The notes under the pieces: model-generated
The model's database searches: none
What the model saw: only the letters and a program-made list of their open reading frames with translations
What the model was told of the DNA's origin: nothing
Assembly: GCA_964480775.1 (NCBI GenBank)
Contig: CAYZRF010000011.1
Coordinates: 32,887-64,886 of the forward strand
Direction of reading: 5' to 3'
DNA length: 32,000 bases
Source of the DNA: an uncultured Nitrososphaerota archaeon
GTDB taxonomy: Archaea > Korarchaeota > Korarchaeia > Korarchaeales > Korarchaeaceae
Program-made: the position numbers and the translations under genes
Part shown: piece by piece, positions 1 to 8,141 of the stretch
How the letters are laid out: each line of letters begins with the position of its first letter
Position numbering within the stretch: position 1 is the first letter of the stretch

Positions 1-548
1 TTATCATCTACAGCTACTGCTCCAACCGTATCAGCTAAGTAGCTCCTTATGAGGTCTGGAGAGGGCAAGTAAGATGGAAACCCCCTTTTTCCAATCCCCT
101 TCATGTAAGCCTCATAAAGCTCCTTTCTTGCTTTGTAAACTAGATCTTCATTGACCTCCATTCCAATTATGGACGCAAACCTTCTTGCTCCCTCTCCGAC
201 CAACAATATGTGGGGAGTTTCCTCCATTATGGCTCTTGCTAAAGTAATTGCATGTTTAACCCCCTTCACTCCACCCACAGCTCCAGCACGAAGCGATGTG
301 CCATCCATAATCGAGGCATCCAGTTCAACTTCTCCAAGTATGTTGAGAGAAGATCCATATCCAGCGTTGAATAGCGGACTGTCTTCCATATATCTTACCG
401 ATGCTTCTACGGCATCTAACGCGGACCCTCCTTCAAGTAGGGTTTCATAACCTACTTTGACCGCTTTTCTGAGTTCATCCACCCTTTTAGGATCCTCTCG
501 AAGCTTACCATAAATTCTAACTCCGCCATGAATTACTATGGCTTTCAT
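1..548 (-). CDS. Isoaspartyl peptidase / plant-type L-asparaginase (Ntn-hydrolase, Asparaginase_2 family); the C-terminal part lies beyond the window edge
   Basis: Absent from the supplied ORF track because it runs off the edge. Manual translation of the minus strand from the ATG at 548-546 gives MKAIVIHGGVRIYGKLREDPKRVDELRKAVKVGYETLLEGGSALDAVEASVRYMEDSPLFNAGYGSSLN...LADTVGAVAVDD. The NAGYGS block and the D-TVGAVA block (autoproteolytic Thr nucleophile) are typical of this family. The + ORF at 151..450 is its antisense shadow. Confidence 0.8.
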   Translation of the reverse strand, partial: MKAIVIHGGVRIYGKLREDPKRVDELRKAVKVGYETLLEGGSALDAVEASVRYMEDSPLFNAGYGSSLNILGEVELDASIMDGTSLRAGAVGGVKGVKHAITLARAIMEETPHILLVGEGARRFASIIGMEVNEDLVYKARKELYEAYMKGIGKRGFPSYLPSPDLIRSYLADTVGAVAVDD

Positions 549-562
549 TGAGATCCATTTTC

Positions 563-2308
563 CTATTCATGTGAAAATATTAAGGACATGGTCCCATCTT
601 GAATGGAATCAACCCTTGCAAAACCGTACCTGACAAGTTGAACCGTATCTCCAACAGAAAGCTCCTTCATATTGGGTTCTCCGTATCCTCCGACGACCTC
701 GTAGCTGTAAACGCTTATCGGACGGAAGAGCTTAATTGGCGTGAATTTGTCTGCGGGAACCCAGTGGATTATTTTGACGTCGGTGCTCATGCTGGGTACG
801 TATCTAGCTGTGATCTCGTCGGCTAGTATGCTTCTGATCTTTACGTTTGAGAGTCGCCATAACCTCACTTCCTCTCCTTCTTTCATTTCTTGTAGGTCTT
901 TGGAAGAGATGTAGAGTTCAACCTTCCCATTCTTGCTTCTTAGAAGAATTCTTCTCACACCCATCTCTGGTCTTGAAGGATGAACAGGGATATCAGCCTC
1001 CAACTCATCAGGGACATCCATTAAAACCATTTTTATCGGATTTGGAACAAACATGAACCTTGGAGCTATTGGATCGAGTATTTTCCTGTTTTCAGCAAAT
1101 ATGGCATTCATACTAATAGTAACATCTGCCTTGCTCGGTCCTAGGTCATAGAAGAACCTAACAAGGGCCCTGGGGTTTATCCCTCTCCTCAATATTCCCC
1201 TTATGGTTGGAAGCCTAGGATCATCCCAGCCGCCAAGTATCCCAGATGCGATTAGAGGCCTGAAGTACCTTTTTGATAGAGGAATTCCTTTAATAGTGAC
1301 CCTCCCAAACTGGATCATTTCGTACTGCCTTAGACCGAGCATGCTTAGGATTGTCCTCTGAACCTCGACGTGAGGCTCGAACTCCTTGCTTCGATGGGCA
1401 TGAGTTACGCCTGTTAGGGCGTCTTCAACACTAATGGAGAAATCATAGGTCGGGTAAACCCTGAACTTGTCGCCGTGGATTGGGTGAGGATGTTCTATAA
1501 CTCTAAAGATGCCAGGATCCCTCATGGTCCTGTTAGGATGCATCATATCAGTCTTAAGCCTTAGGTGGGCCTCTCCTTCTTTAAATCCACCATCAAGCAT
1601 CATTTCCCATAACTCTAAGTTCTTATCTACGGACTGATCTCGATGCTCGCACCCCACTCCAAGATTCCTATTTTTCCTAACGACTGTAGCAGGACAGGTG
1701 CATACATAGGCATTTCCGTTTTCGATGAGTTTTTTTGCATATTCGTACATCTTAGGTATGTCATTGGATTCTATTACTTCCCTATCCCACTTTCCTGGAG
1801 ACAAGCCTAGTTCTTCTTCAGCTGCCTCGAGTATGATCCCTAACTCATGCCTTAGGGCATCGTAGTATTCGAGTCTCTCGACCCTTGGATTCGTGTCCTC
1901 AAACCTCAGTAGAAACCTACCCTTGTAGAGCCTTGCGTAGATAAATGGAACTAATAGCCCTTTTACGTGGCCTAATGTGGGATAGCCATTGGGTTCGGGG
2001 GCCATCCTGGTTACGATAACGTCATAAGCCTCGGCATTCGGAAGTGGAGGCCATTTTCTCTCCACCTCTCCTCTTTTCTCCTCAATAACCACTCCCAACT
2101 CTTCAGCAAGCTCTTCTAAAGACCCTCCATCCAGCTTGTTAATCTCTTCAACTATCCTCTTTACGTCCTCTATCAACAGTCTAACTTGATCCTTTACCTC
2201 AGGCCTTTCTGCAATTATTTTCGAAACTACTGGCCCCACTTTGGCCTTACCATACTTCAGAGCGTTTTTTACTGCATGATATCTTATCAGCTTGATTAAG
2301 TTATCCAA
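563..2308 (-). CDS. gltX: Glutamyl-tRNA synthetase, archaeal type
   Basis: 581-aa ORF. It has a class I HIGH-like signature (PNGYPTLGHVKG), an RFEDTNP block and a KMSKS-like GIPLSKR motif. Length and layout fit archaeal GluRS. Confidence 0.92.
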   Translation of the reverse strand: MDNLIKLIRYHAVKNALKYGKAKVGPVVSKIIAERPEVKDQVRLLIEDVKRIVEEINKLDGGSLEELAEELGVVIEEKRGEVERKWPPLPNAEAYDVIVTRMAPEPNGYPTLGHVKGLLVPFIYARLYKGRFLLRFEDTNPRVERLEYYDALRHELGIILEAAEEELGLSPGKWDREVIESNDIPKMYEYAKKLIENGNAYVCTCPATVVRKNRNLGVGCEHRDQSVDKNLELWEMMLDGGFKEGEAHLRLKTDMMHPNRTMRDPGIFRVIEHPHPIHGDKFRVYPTYDFSISVEDALTGVTHAHRSKEFEPHVEVQRTILSMLGLRQYEMIQFGRVTIKGIPLSKRYFRPLIASGILGGWDDPRLPTIRGILRRGINPRALVRFFYDLGPSKADVTISMNAIFAENRKILDPIAPRFMFVPNPIKMVLMDVPDELEADIPVHPSRPEMGVRRILLRSKNGKVELYISSKDLQEMKEGEEVRLWRLSNVKIRSILADEITARYVPSMSTDVKIIHWVPADKFTPIKLFRPISVYSYEVVGGYGEPNMKELSVGDTVQLVRYGFARVDSIQDGTMSLIFSHE

Positions 2309-2312
2309 TTTC

Positions 2313-3836
2313 TTAGTCCCCGCTTATTGGTATCGTTGCTACGAGCCAATCATCATCGTCAAGAATATAAGGCTTGCATTCTGCCCAAACATAAGGATCG
2401 ATGAACGAGTCCTTTACAAGGCCTTCATAGAAGGGGACGAATATCCTTTGGGTCTTAACAATCCAGAGCTTACTTTTCTGATATTCTACAAGCAGTCCGA
2501 CCTCGTCCCATGGATCGAGATCATCACCAACCTCTCCGACATCTGTCAAATTTAGAGAATGATCTGGCTGAGATCCATAATCAATTCTTAGATCTATCCT
2601 AGCCCAGCCTGCGGTTAGAGAATATTCCGGAATATGGAAGCTAATGGTCGTTGAGTTCCCGTCTGGGCCAGGTGATATGTCAAATGAACCTGAATCCTCA
2701 GTTGTGAGGTTCAACCTAACTATGTCAGTTCCAAGTAGAGATTCGCCCACATACTCAAAAACAATAAGTTCGAATCTACCGTCTGGTTCTATTGTTTCGA
2801 TCTGAATGAAGGCCTTGGCATCAGTCCAGGGAATAGGAATAAGTTCATTTCTTTCAAGTATAGCTCCTTCCACAAATATGGTGAAGTTGGAAAATAAGGG
2901 GTTATAGCGTAATGATGCCCAAGTCCATGGTTCTGGGGCATCCATAGGATAAGAAAGGCTACTTGAGTAAACTCCAAAGAAAATGGTGACGTTCTCTCCA
3001 AACCCCAAGCTTCTCGACTGATTCACATTGTTCTCTAGGTAAAATGCGTTGTATTCCTCATTCAGAGGATACTCGTTAGGAGCAGCACCTCTAATTATGT
3101 ACCAGCCCGTGACATCTTGGGTGATCACCCAAACCCTCGTAACACCAGAGGGCACGGTCTCTTCCTTTGTTATGTTCAAGAAGTAAAGTTCCGGAGGTGT
3201 GGGAGGAGGCTCATATATCTTATAATCTCTTAGAGGGAGTGGATAACCGTACCTGTTGAGTACCACAACAGCCCAGTAGCCTTTGCTTTCTCCCAGTTCT
3301 ATAAGCTCCTGAGCCGAGACAGAGGTAGCATATCTGTTCGTCCCTGCCACGTAAATGAGAGTGTAGTTCTCGTTCCAAGGGTTTGGCATGGCTCCAACTA
3401 CTCCAACCTCTAGCTCGCCACCCCAGGTTCCACTAGGTGAGAAATCTAGCTTGAAATACCAACCATCTTCCTGCAAAAGGAAGAGAAACTTTGATGTTTC
3501 GTTGACAGTTTCTGAAAGTGGGTTCGCAACAGGTCCGCCTACAACAATTAGGTGGTTGTTCTCAAGGTCAGATTGTGACACTGCACTTGAGTTTAGTACG
3601 GTAACTTCCCCTCCTATAGAAGCTATGTGTTCTGCAATGAGTTCTGCGGAATCTACATCCATCTTTGCCGCGTTCTCACCGTATATGATCAAAGCCCTTG
3701 GCCCATCTTTAGTCATAAGAACGGTCTTCAGGGGACAAAAAGGTCTTAGATCTTCGTCAGACCCTTTAATTTCAATTAGAACTATCATAGATAGGATAAA
3801 CAGGATAAGCGATAGTAAGACGACTCTTTTCATCAC
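2313..3836 (-). CDS. Secreted / cell-surface glycoprotein, function unknown (S-layer-like N-terminal region)
   Basis: 507 aa with an N-terminal signal/anchor (MMKRVVLLSLILFILSMIVLI). It contains an LIVVGGPVANPLS block reminiscent of archaeal S-layer-type domains and many N-x-S/T sequons. The first codon is GTG at 3836 and an ATG follows at 3833. A TATA-like box lies about 25 nt upstream. Confidence 0.6.
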   Translation of the reverse strand: MMKRVVLLSLILFILSMIVLIEIKGSDEDLRPFCPLKTVLMTKDGPRALIIYGENAAKMDVDSAELIAEHIASIGGEVTVLNSSAVSQSDLENNHLIVVGGPVANPLSETVNETSKFLFLLQEDGWYFKLDFSPSGTWGGELEVGVVGAMPNPWNENYTLIYVAGTNRYATSVSAQELIELGESKGYWAVVVLNRYGYPLPLRDYKIYEPPPTPPELYFLNITKEETVPSGVTRVWVITQDVTGWYIIRGAAPNEYPLNEEYNAFYLENNVNQSRSLGFGENVTIFFGVYSSSLSYPMDAPEPWTWASLRYNPLFSNFTIFVEGAILERNELIPIPWTDAKAFIQIETIEPDGRFELIVFEYVGESLLGTDIVRLNLTTEDSGSFDISPGPDGNSTTISFHIPEYSLTAGWARIDLRIDYGSQPDHSLNLTDVGEVGDDLDPWDEVGLLVEYQKSKLWIVKTQRIFVPFYEGLVKDSFIDPYVWAECKPYILDDDDWLVATIPISGD

Positions 3837-3854
3837 ATGAGTAGTAGGACCTTC

Positions 3855-3864
3855 AAATATATTT
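3855..3864 (-). promoter_or_regulatory. TATA-like box (AAATATATTT) for the 2313..3836 gene
   Basis: A palindromic A/T box centred about 24-27 nt upstream of the GTG/ATG at 3836/3833. This spacing is typical of an archaeal leaderless or short-leader promoter. Confidence 0.4.
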
Positions 3865-3929
3865 GAGATGTAAGTTAACCATCTCTCCTACCGAAGTTAA
3901 TCATCGTATTTCGCAAGTAAGGTTATATA

Positions 3930-3988
3930 TCAGTAACCCCAGGGCATATCATAGAGGCCCAACTCTCAATCTGGGGTGGTTTCATCAT
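3930..3988 (-). ncRNA. Candidate C/D-box sRNA (2'-O-methylation guide), about 59 nt
   Basis: The minus strand reads ATGATGA (C box) - 12 nt AACCACCCCAGA - TTGA (D'-like) - 13 nt - ATGATAT (C'-like) - 12 nt GCCCTGGGGTTA - CTGA (D box). Both box-to-box guide spacings are exactly 12 nt. A TATA-like TTTTAATAT box sits about 27 nt upstream of the C box. Caveats: the D'/C' boxes are degenerate, there is no terminal stem, and the two guide regions are partly complementary to each other. Confidence 0.35.
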
Positions 3989-4010
3989 CTAAAGAAGAGA
4001 ACTCCATGTC

Positions 4011-4019
4011 ATATTAAAA
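4011..4019 (-). promoter_or_regulatory. TATA-like box (TTTTAATAT on the minus strand) upstream of the candidate sRNA
   Basis: It lies directly after the TAA stop (4020-4022) of the RNase H-like gene. Its centre is about 27 nt upstream of the C box at 3988. Confidence 0.3.
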
Positions 4020-4757
4020 TTAAGAGGTCCCCCACTTCTTCAACCTCATACCTTCTTTCATTAAATCCCTTCTTATGGCACTTGCTATTGTGCTGGCTGC
4101 TGCAACCTCAAGATATCTTCTATCTGCATTGTTCTCTAATACCAATTTGGCTCCTAACTCCTTAGCTAAATGTTCTAGATTCTCTCTAAGTCTTCTCTCG
4201 TCAAAAGAGTCAACTATCACAACGTCGGCCTTTTTAATGGTGCAAGTTAAGCGCTCTAATGCTTTAGCATGCCATTTAGCAAGCAAATCATTCAAATTAC
4301 CTCTTTTCCACAATTTCTTGAACTCGCTTGGCGATATAACCACAATTCCCACAGCAACAGAGGCTTCTCTTATTTTATCAGCAATCTCGAATAGTCTCTC
4401 GCCTCTGGCCATCTTACTCTCCACCAACCCAATTGACACAGCTTTACGCCTGCCTTCGTCATCTAAAGCAACAGCGCACACAACAAGGGGGCCTTCTGCT
4501 TCTCCTTTACCTACCTCATCTATGCCTATTCGAGTTCCTAGTCCCATGAACACCTTAGAAACAAGATCTGCTAAATCTTGGTGGTACACAACCGTTCCAG
4601 TGGTATAAGCTATCAATACCTTATCGTTAAAGCCTATTCTGTATAGCTCGTAATCGTTCCTCGTCTCAATTTCCTTACCTCCTGATCTTAAAAGAAGATC
4701 TTTGAGCTCTTCTAGCTTTCCTTCAGGAAGGACTACGCTTAATTGCTTTCTTACCAA
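4020..4757 (-). CDS. RNase HII/HIII-family ribonuclease with an N-terminal TBP-like (DUF3378-like) domain, i.e. RNase HIII-like
   Basis: 245 aa. The N-terminal ~70 aa (YELYRIGFNDKVLIAYTTGTVVYHQ) resembles the RNase HIII N-terminal domain. It is followed by IGIDEVGKGEAEGPLVVCAV (the DE(S)GKG motif of RNase HIII, compared with DEAGRG in HII), VVIVDSFD and NNADRRYLEVAAASTIASAIRRD (the KAD..y..VAAASI.A..R motif). The start is a TTG at 4757, preceded by GGGTGG, and it overlaps the upstream gene by 35 nt. Confidence 0.65.
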   Translation of the reverse strand: MVRKQLSVVLPEGKLEELKDLLLRSGGKEIETRNDYELYRIGFNDKVLIAYTTGTVVYHQDLADLVSKVFMGLGTRIGIDEVGKGEAEGPLVVCAVALDDEGRRKAVSIGLVESKMARGERLFEIADKIREASVAVGIVVISPSEFKKLWKRGNLNDLLAKWHAKALERLTCTIKKADVVIVDSFDERRLRENLEHLAKELGAKLVLENNADRRYLEVAAASTIASAIRRDLMKEGMRLKKWGTS

Positions 4758-5991
4758 CCAACCACCCTAGGACCAAAACAAGCAAAACAACTCCTATCCC
4801 AAGGATGAGCTCGATATTAAACCTACCTTTTGTCACGAGAATTGTGAAATTAAGGGTCTTGCTTACCTGGTCGTGGGGGTACTCGTTATTCCAGTAAACC
4901 TTTAGGAGTAAGGTCTCATTTCCAGAACCATGCACCGGTAGCACAAGCTCTAAGTCCCTAAATTCCCCTGGTTCTAAAGTTCCAACCTCAAAGACCGACT
5001 TCTCATCTCTCAGCTGGCCCATTACTATCACGTTCTTGGCAATAAATGAGCCTACATTAACGACCTCTAATTTTAAGCGAAGTTCGCTGCCGTTAACAAC
5101 CTTTGAAGGCACATCTCCTGAAAGGTTAACTTCGGTGGTCTTTAACACGGTTATGTTGGTGCTGGCTTCTATTACCTTCCTCATACCTAAGATCCAGAAT
5201 TCCAACTCAGCTCTTATATCGCGTATTCCACCAGCAGTTTCCTTGCCAATTTCGACGTATATTGGGTGAGGAAACCTGATAGATCCTCCAGGCTTTAAGA
5301 TAGACCTGCCAAAAATGTCCTTTAACTGCACCATCTGAGGTTCGTTGGGAGGGGGCGGAAACACTCTAAGCGTCAGATTTGTTATTTCGAATGGAGGCAC
5401 TGGTTCATGATGCATTATCGTGACAGATATGCCCACGGTGTGCGGGGGCTCCAACTTCTTGGGTTCTGGTCTTATGGAGAAAATTGGTCCGAAGGTTCTG
5501 ATCTCTATGCGCTCCGAAGTTGAGTAATCCACAGGATAAATTTCCTTGCCATCTTCATCTATCTCCCTAGCCTTCGCATCTATCCGTATGTCGTAGCTTC
5601 CCTCCTTGTAATCAAGTGGAACATGGACCCTAGCAATAAGATTAATGCTTCCTATATCCACGCTCGCCCTAATTATGACATTTAATCCGTTAATTTCCCT
5701 AGTTATGCTTCCATTTCCTGTTACTTTCAATGTATCAATGGTGCAGTTCATCCCTGAAGGTACCTTCAGGGATATCTTGATCTCTCTCATCTGATTCTTT
5801 GCTAAGAAAACCCCGCCCGTGGGTAGCATGTAAAACTTCGAGAGATTGTACGTTATCTCAAAGTCCCCTCCTTGCATCACCACGTCAGGATTAATGTCCA
5901 GCCACGCGTAATGACACTCAGCCCTTTCGATTCTTGCATGAGCTAAAAGAAACAAAAGAACTAATAGAAACATTATTCCCCTAGATCTCAT
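4723..5991 (-). CDS. Cell-surface protein with signal peptide, CARDB/COG1361-like beta-rich repeats and a C-terminal TM anchor; function unknown
   Basis: 422 aa. It has an N-terminal signal peptide (MRSRGIMFLLVLLFLLAHA), a LKLEVVNVGSFIAKNVIVMGQL block typical of CARDB-type domains, several N-x-S/T sequons, and a C-terminal hydrophobic helix followed by basic residues (ILGIGVVLLVLVLGWLVGKKAIKR). A TATA-like TATAAAT on the minus strand lies about 27-30 nt upstream of the ATG at 5991. Confidence 0.6.
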   Translation of the reverse strand: MRSRGIMFLLVLLFLLAHARIERAECHYAWLDINPDVVMQGGDFEITYNLSKFYMLPTGGVFLAKNQMREIKISLKVPSGMNCTIDTLKVTGNGSITREINGLNVIIRASVDIGSINLIARVHVPLDYKEGSYDIRIDAKAREIDEDGKEIYPVDYSTSERIEIRTFGPIFSIRPEPKKLEPPHTVGISVTIMHHEPVPPFEITNLTLRVFPPPPNEPQMVQLKDIFGRSILKPGGSIRFPHPIYVEIGKETAGGIRDIRAELEFWILGMRKVIEASTNITVLKTTEVNLSGDVPSKVVNGSELRLKLEVVNVGSFIAKNVIVMGQLRDEKSVFEVGTLEPGEFRDLELVLPVHGSGNETLLLKVYWNNEYPHDQVSKTLNFTILVTKGRFNIELILGIGVVLLVLVLGWLVGKKAIKRSPS

Positions 5992-6103
5992 CTAACAAAA
6001 AATTACAGATCTCAATTTATAGTTTGTTTCATGCTATCCAGCGAAAAACGTTCGACAAAGCTTTATCGACTTTAGTAACACCAAATTATCAAAAAAGTAA
6101 CAC

Positions 6104-6113
6104 TTTTATTTTA
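6104..6113 (+). promoter_or_regulatory. TATA-like box (TTTTATTTTA) for the metal ABC transporter operon
   Basis: It is centred about 26 nt upstream of the GTG at 6134 but only about 6 nt before the TTG at 6119. This favours 6134 as a leaderless start. Confidence 0.4.
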
Positions 6114-6133
6114 GTTAGTTGAAGCCTCCAATT

Positions 6134-7078
6134 GTGAATCGAATCACCCTAATCCTATCAAGCATTTGTCTGCTGCTGTTATTAGTTATACCTGTAAATG
6201 TTAGGGCTGAGGAACCGAAACCAACCGTCATATGTACCACTAGCGTCTTGGGAAGCATCGTAGAGGATCTAGCTGGAAATAAGGTCAATGTAGTCATAAT
6301 AGCCAGTACCTCTGCGTGTCCAGCCCATTATGACGTGAGGCCCCAGGACGTGGAAGCGGTCATGAGGGCGAGCTTGATTCTTTACCACGGGATGGAGGCT
6401 TGGCTTGAGAGGCTAGTGGAGACATCTGGCTCAAATGCCACCTTAATTAAGGTGTCAGGGACTTGGAACACTCCAGAAGGAGCCATAAATTATTACACTC
6501 GCGTGGCAGAAATATTAGAGGAAAATCTGGGCATTGACACATCAGAAAGGCTATCGAAGAGCATTGAGAGCATAAACTTAACGGCTGAGGAACTAAGATC
6601 GAAGGCTCAGGAGAGAGGAGTCAGCGAAGTAAAGGTAATCTGCATGACCTGGCAAAAGCCCTTCGTCTCATGGCTTGGGTTCAACGTTATACTTGAATAC
6701 GGACCTCCTGAAAAGCTCTCCTCAAGCGACGTAGCTGAACTAGTGGAATCTGGTCAAAAAGAGGGAGCAATGCTGGTTATTAGCAATCTGCAGAGCGGAA
6801 CATCCGTTGGGAAGTACGTAGCGGATGACATAGGGGCCATTCACGTCGTCCTCACCAATTTCCCAGATCCTGGAAAAGGCCTGCTAAACCTCTCCCACGT
6901 CTTCGTGCATAATGCTGAGTCTCTCTTTGACGCCATGGATGAATACGAGCTTATGGAGGAGATGAAGGCATTACAGAGATCATCGAAAACGTTCAGAACC
7001 CTGTCATATTCCCTTGCTCTTATAGCAGCTGTGGAAGCAGTAATCATAGCCTACTTCCTTGCAGTCAGGAGGAGATAG
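6134..7078 (+). CDS. Metal (Zn/Mn-type) ABC transporter substrate-binding protein, TroA/ZnuA family, with a C-terminal TM anchor
   Basis: The ORF-track start is a TTG at 6119. I prefer the GTG at 6134, which gives MNRITLILSSICLLLLLVIPVNVRA as a signal peptide. The CPAHYDVRPQDVEAVMRASLILYHGMEAWLE block matches the family pattern (D)PH.Y...P.D......A.L....G..LE.WL. The C-terminus ends in a hydrophobic helix (LALIAAVEAVIIAYFLAVRRR). Confidence 0.8.
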   Translation: MNRITLILSSICLLLLLVIPVNVRAEEPKPTVICTTSVLGSIVEDLAGNKVNVVIIASTSACPAHYDVRPQDVEAVMRASLILYHGMEAWLERLVETSGSNATLIKVSGTWNTPEGAINYYTRVAEILEENLGIDTSERLSKSIESINLTAEELRSKAQERGVSEVKVICMTWQKPFVSWLGFNVILEYGPPEKLSSSDVAELVESGQKEGAMLVISNLQSGTSVGKYVADDIGAIHVVLTNFPDPGKGLLNLSHVFVHNAESLFDAMDEYELMEEMKALQRSSKTFRTLSYSLALIAAVEAVIIAYFLAVRRR

Positions 7079-7080
7079 CC

Positions 7081-7479
7081 TTGTTGAGCTTGGAGGAAGC
7101 AGCAACCTTCCACGGTCACCTAGGTCCTTTCCTAACGATAGGATATCTTGCTGGAAAAATGGCTTCAGAGCATTTGAAGCCAAAAAGCATACATGACATG
7201 AAAGCAATCGTAAATGTACCCTTAAAGACTCCTTTCTCATGTATAATTGACGGAGTGCAGTGCTCCTCAAGATGTACCCTTGGAAAACTAAACATTGAGG
7301 TGAAAAACTCCGAAAACATCACCATTACCTTTGAGATCAGGGGTGGTGGGAGGATAGAGCTTCAGGTTAAAGAAGATGTGGTGGAAAGATGTCTTACCCT
7401 TGAAATGGAGGAAGCTGTGAAGTGGCTCTTAAGCATGAAACAAGAAGAAATCTTCAAGATAAACTCGCAATTAGGCTAG
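7081..7479 (+). CDS. FmdE-domain protein (formylmethanofuran dehydrogenase subunit E-like N-terminal domain)
   Basis: 132 aa. FHGHLGPFLTIGY matches the FHGH.cPG...G signature of the FmdE domain, and the IIDGVQCSSRCTLGK block also fits. The start is a TTG 3 nt after the SBP stop codon. Confidence 0.7.
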   Translation: MLSLEEAATFHGHLGPFLTIGYLAGKMASEHLKPKSIHDMKAIVNVPLKTPFSCIIDGVQCSSRCTLGKLNIEVKNSENITITFEIRGGGRIELQVKEDVVERCLTLEMEEAVKWLLSMKQEEIFKINSQLG

Positions 7480-8138
7480 ACAGCGTCTCTACCTATTATT
7501 CAGGGGAAACCAAGCCTGCTATAAAGGACATATCTTTAGAGATTCATATAGGAGACCTAGTCCTCATATCAGGTCCCAATGGCTCAGGAAAAACGACTTT
7601 GCTTGAAACCATTCTGGGTTTGCTCAAACCCAAAAATGGAAGAGTTTTCCTCCTTGGTCATAAGATTCCAGATGAGGCCCATGCTGCTAGGAAAAAGTGT
7701 AGTTATCTACCTCAGGACTTCATGAAGCCTGCTGGAGAACCCTTTTCGGTAAAGGAGGTTGTGGCCATGGGCTTGTCATCGATAAGACCCCTAGGAAAGC
7801 TCAATCAAGAGGACTGGGAAGCGATTTACGATGTATTAGATCTTTTTGGGATCAGAGAGTTGGCCGAAAGGCCATTTGGAAGGCTCAGTGGTGGACAACA
7901 ACAAAAGGTTATGCTGGCCAGAACTCTCATTAGGAAACCAAGAGTACTTTTCCTAGACGAACCCTTCAGCGCATTAGATAAGGAGTCAAGGGCATTTCTA
8001 TCGCAGGAAATCCTACCTGAACTTGCAAGAAAGGGAGCCACTGTGCTCTTAGTCAGCCATGACGTAACCTTCAAGCCTTTGGAATGTAGCAAAACGGTCT
8101 ACATGAAGGACGGTGCTATAGTCAGGATGGAGGAATGA
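7422..8138 (+). CDS. Metal ABC transporter ATP-binding protein (ZnuC-like)
   Basis: Walker A GPNGSGKTT, signature LSGGQQQKV, Walker B VLFLDEPFSALD and H-loop SHD are all present. The only in-frame canonical start upstream of Walker A is the GTG at 7422, which forces a 58-nt overlap with the FmdE-domain gene. Confidence 0.9.
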   Translation: MALKHETRRNLQDKLAIRLDSVSTYYSGETKPAIKDISLEIHIGDLVLISGPNGSGKTTLLETILGLLKPKNGRVFLLGHKIPDEAHAARKKCSYLPQDFMKPAGEPFSVKEVVAMGLSSIRPLGKLNQEDWEAIYDVLDLFGIRELAERPFGRLSGGQQQKVMLARTLIRKPRVLFLDEPFSALDKESRAFLSQEILPELARKGATVLLVSHDVTFKPLECSKTVYMKDGAIVRMEE

Positions 8139-8141
8139 GAA

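Noticed and set aside
151-450. 99-aa + strand ORF from the track
   Set aside because: It lies entirely antisense to a well-supported asparaginase/isoaspartyl peptidase reading frame (minus strand, 1..548). Its Ser/Pro/Ala-rich, low-complexity product has no recognisable motif.
3388-3840. 150-aa + strand ORF antisense to the 507-aa surface protein. Similar long antisense ORFs occur at 4075..4608 (177 aa), 13419..13916 (165 aa), 29806..30261 (151 aa) and 23549..23884 (111 aa).
   Set aside because: All are Ser/Pro/Leu/Thr-rich shadow ORFs opposite genes with clear family motifs. They have no start context, no promoter space and no recognisable domains.
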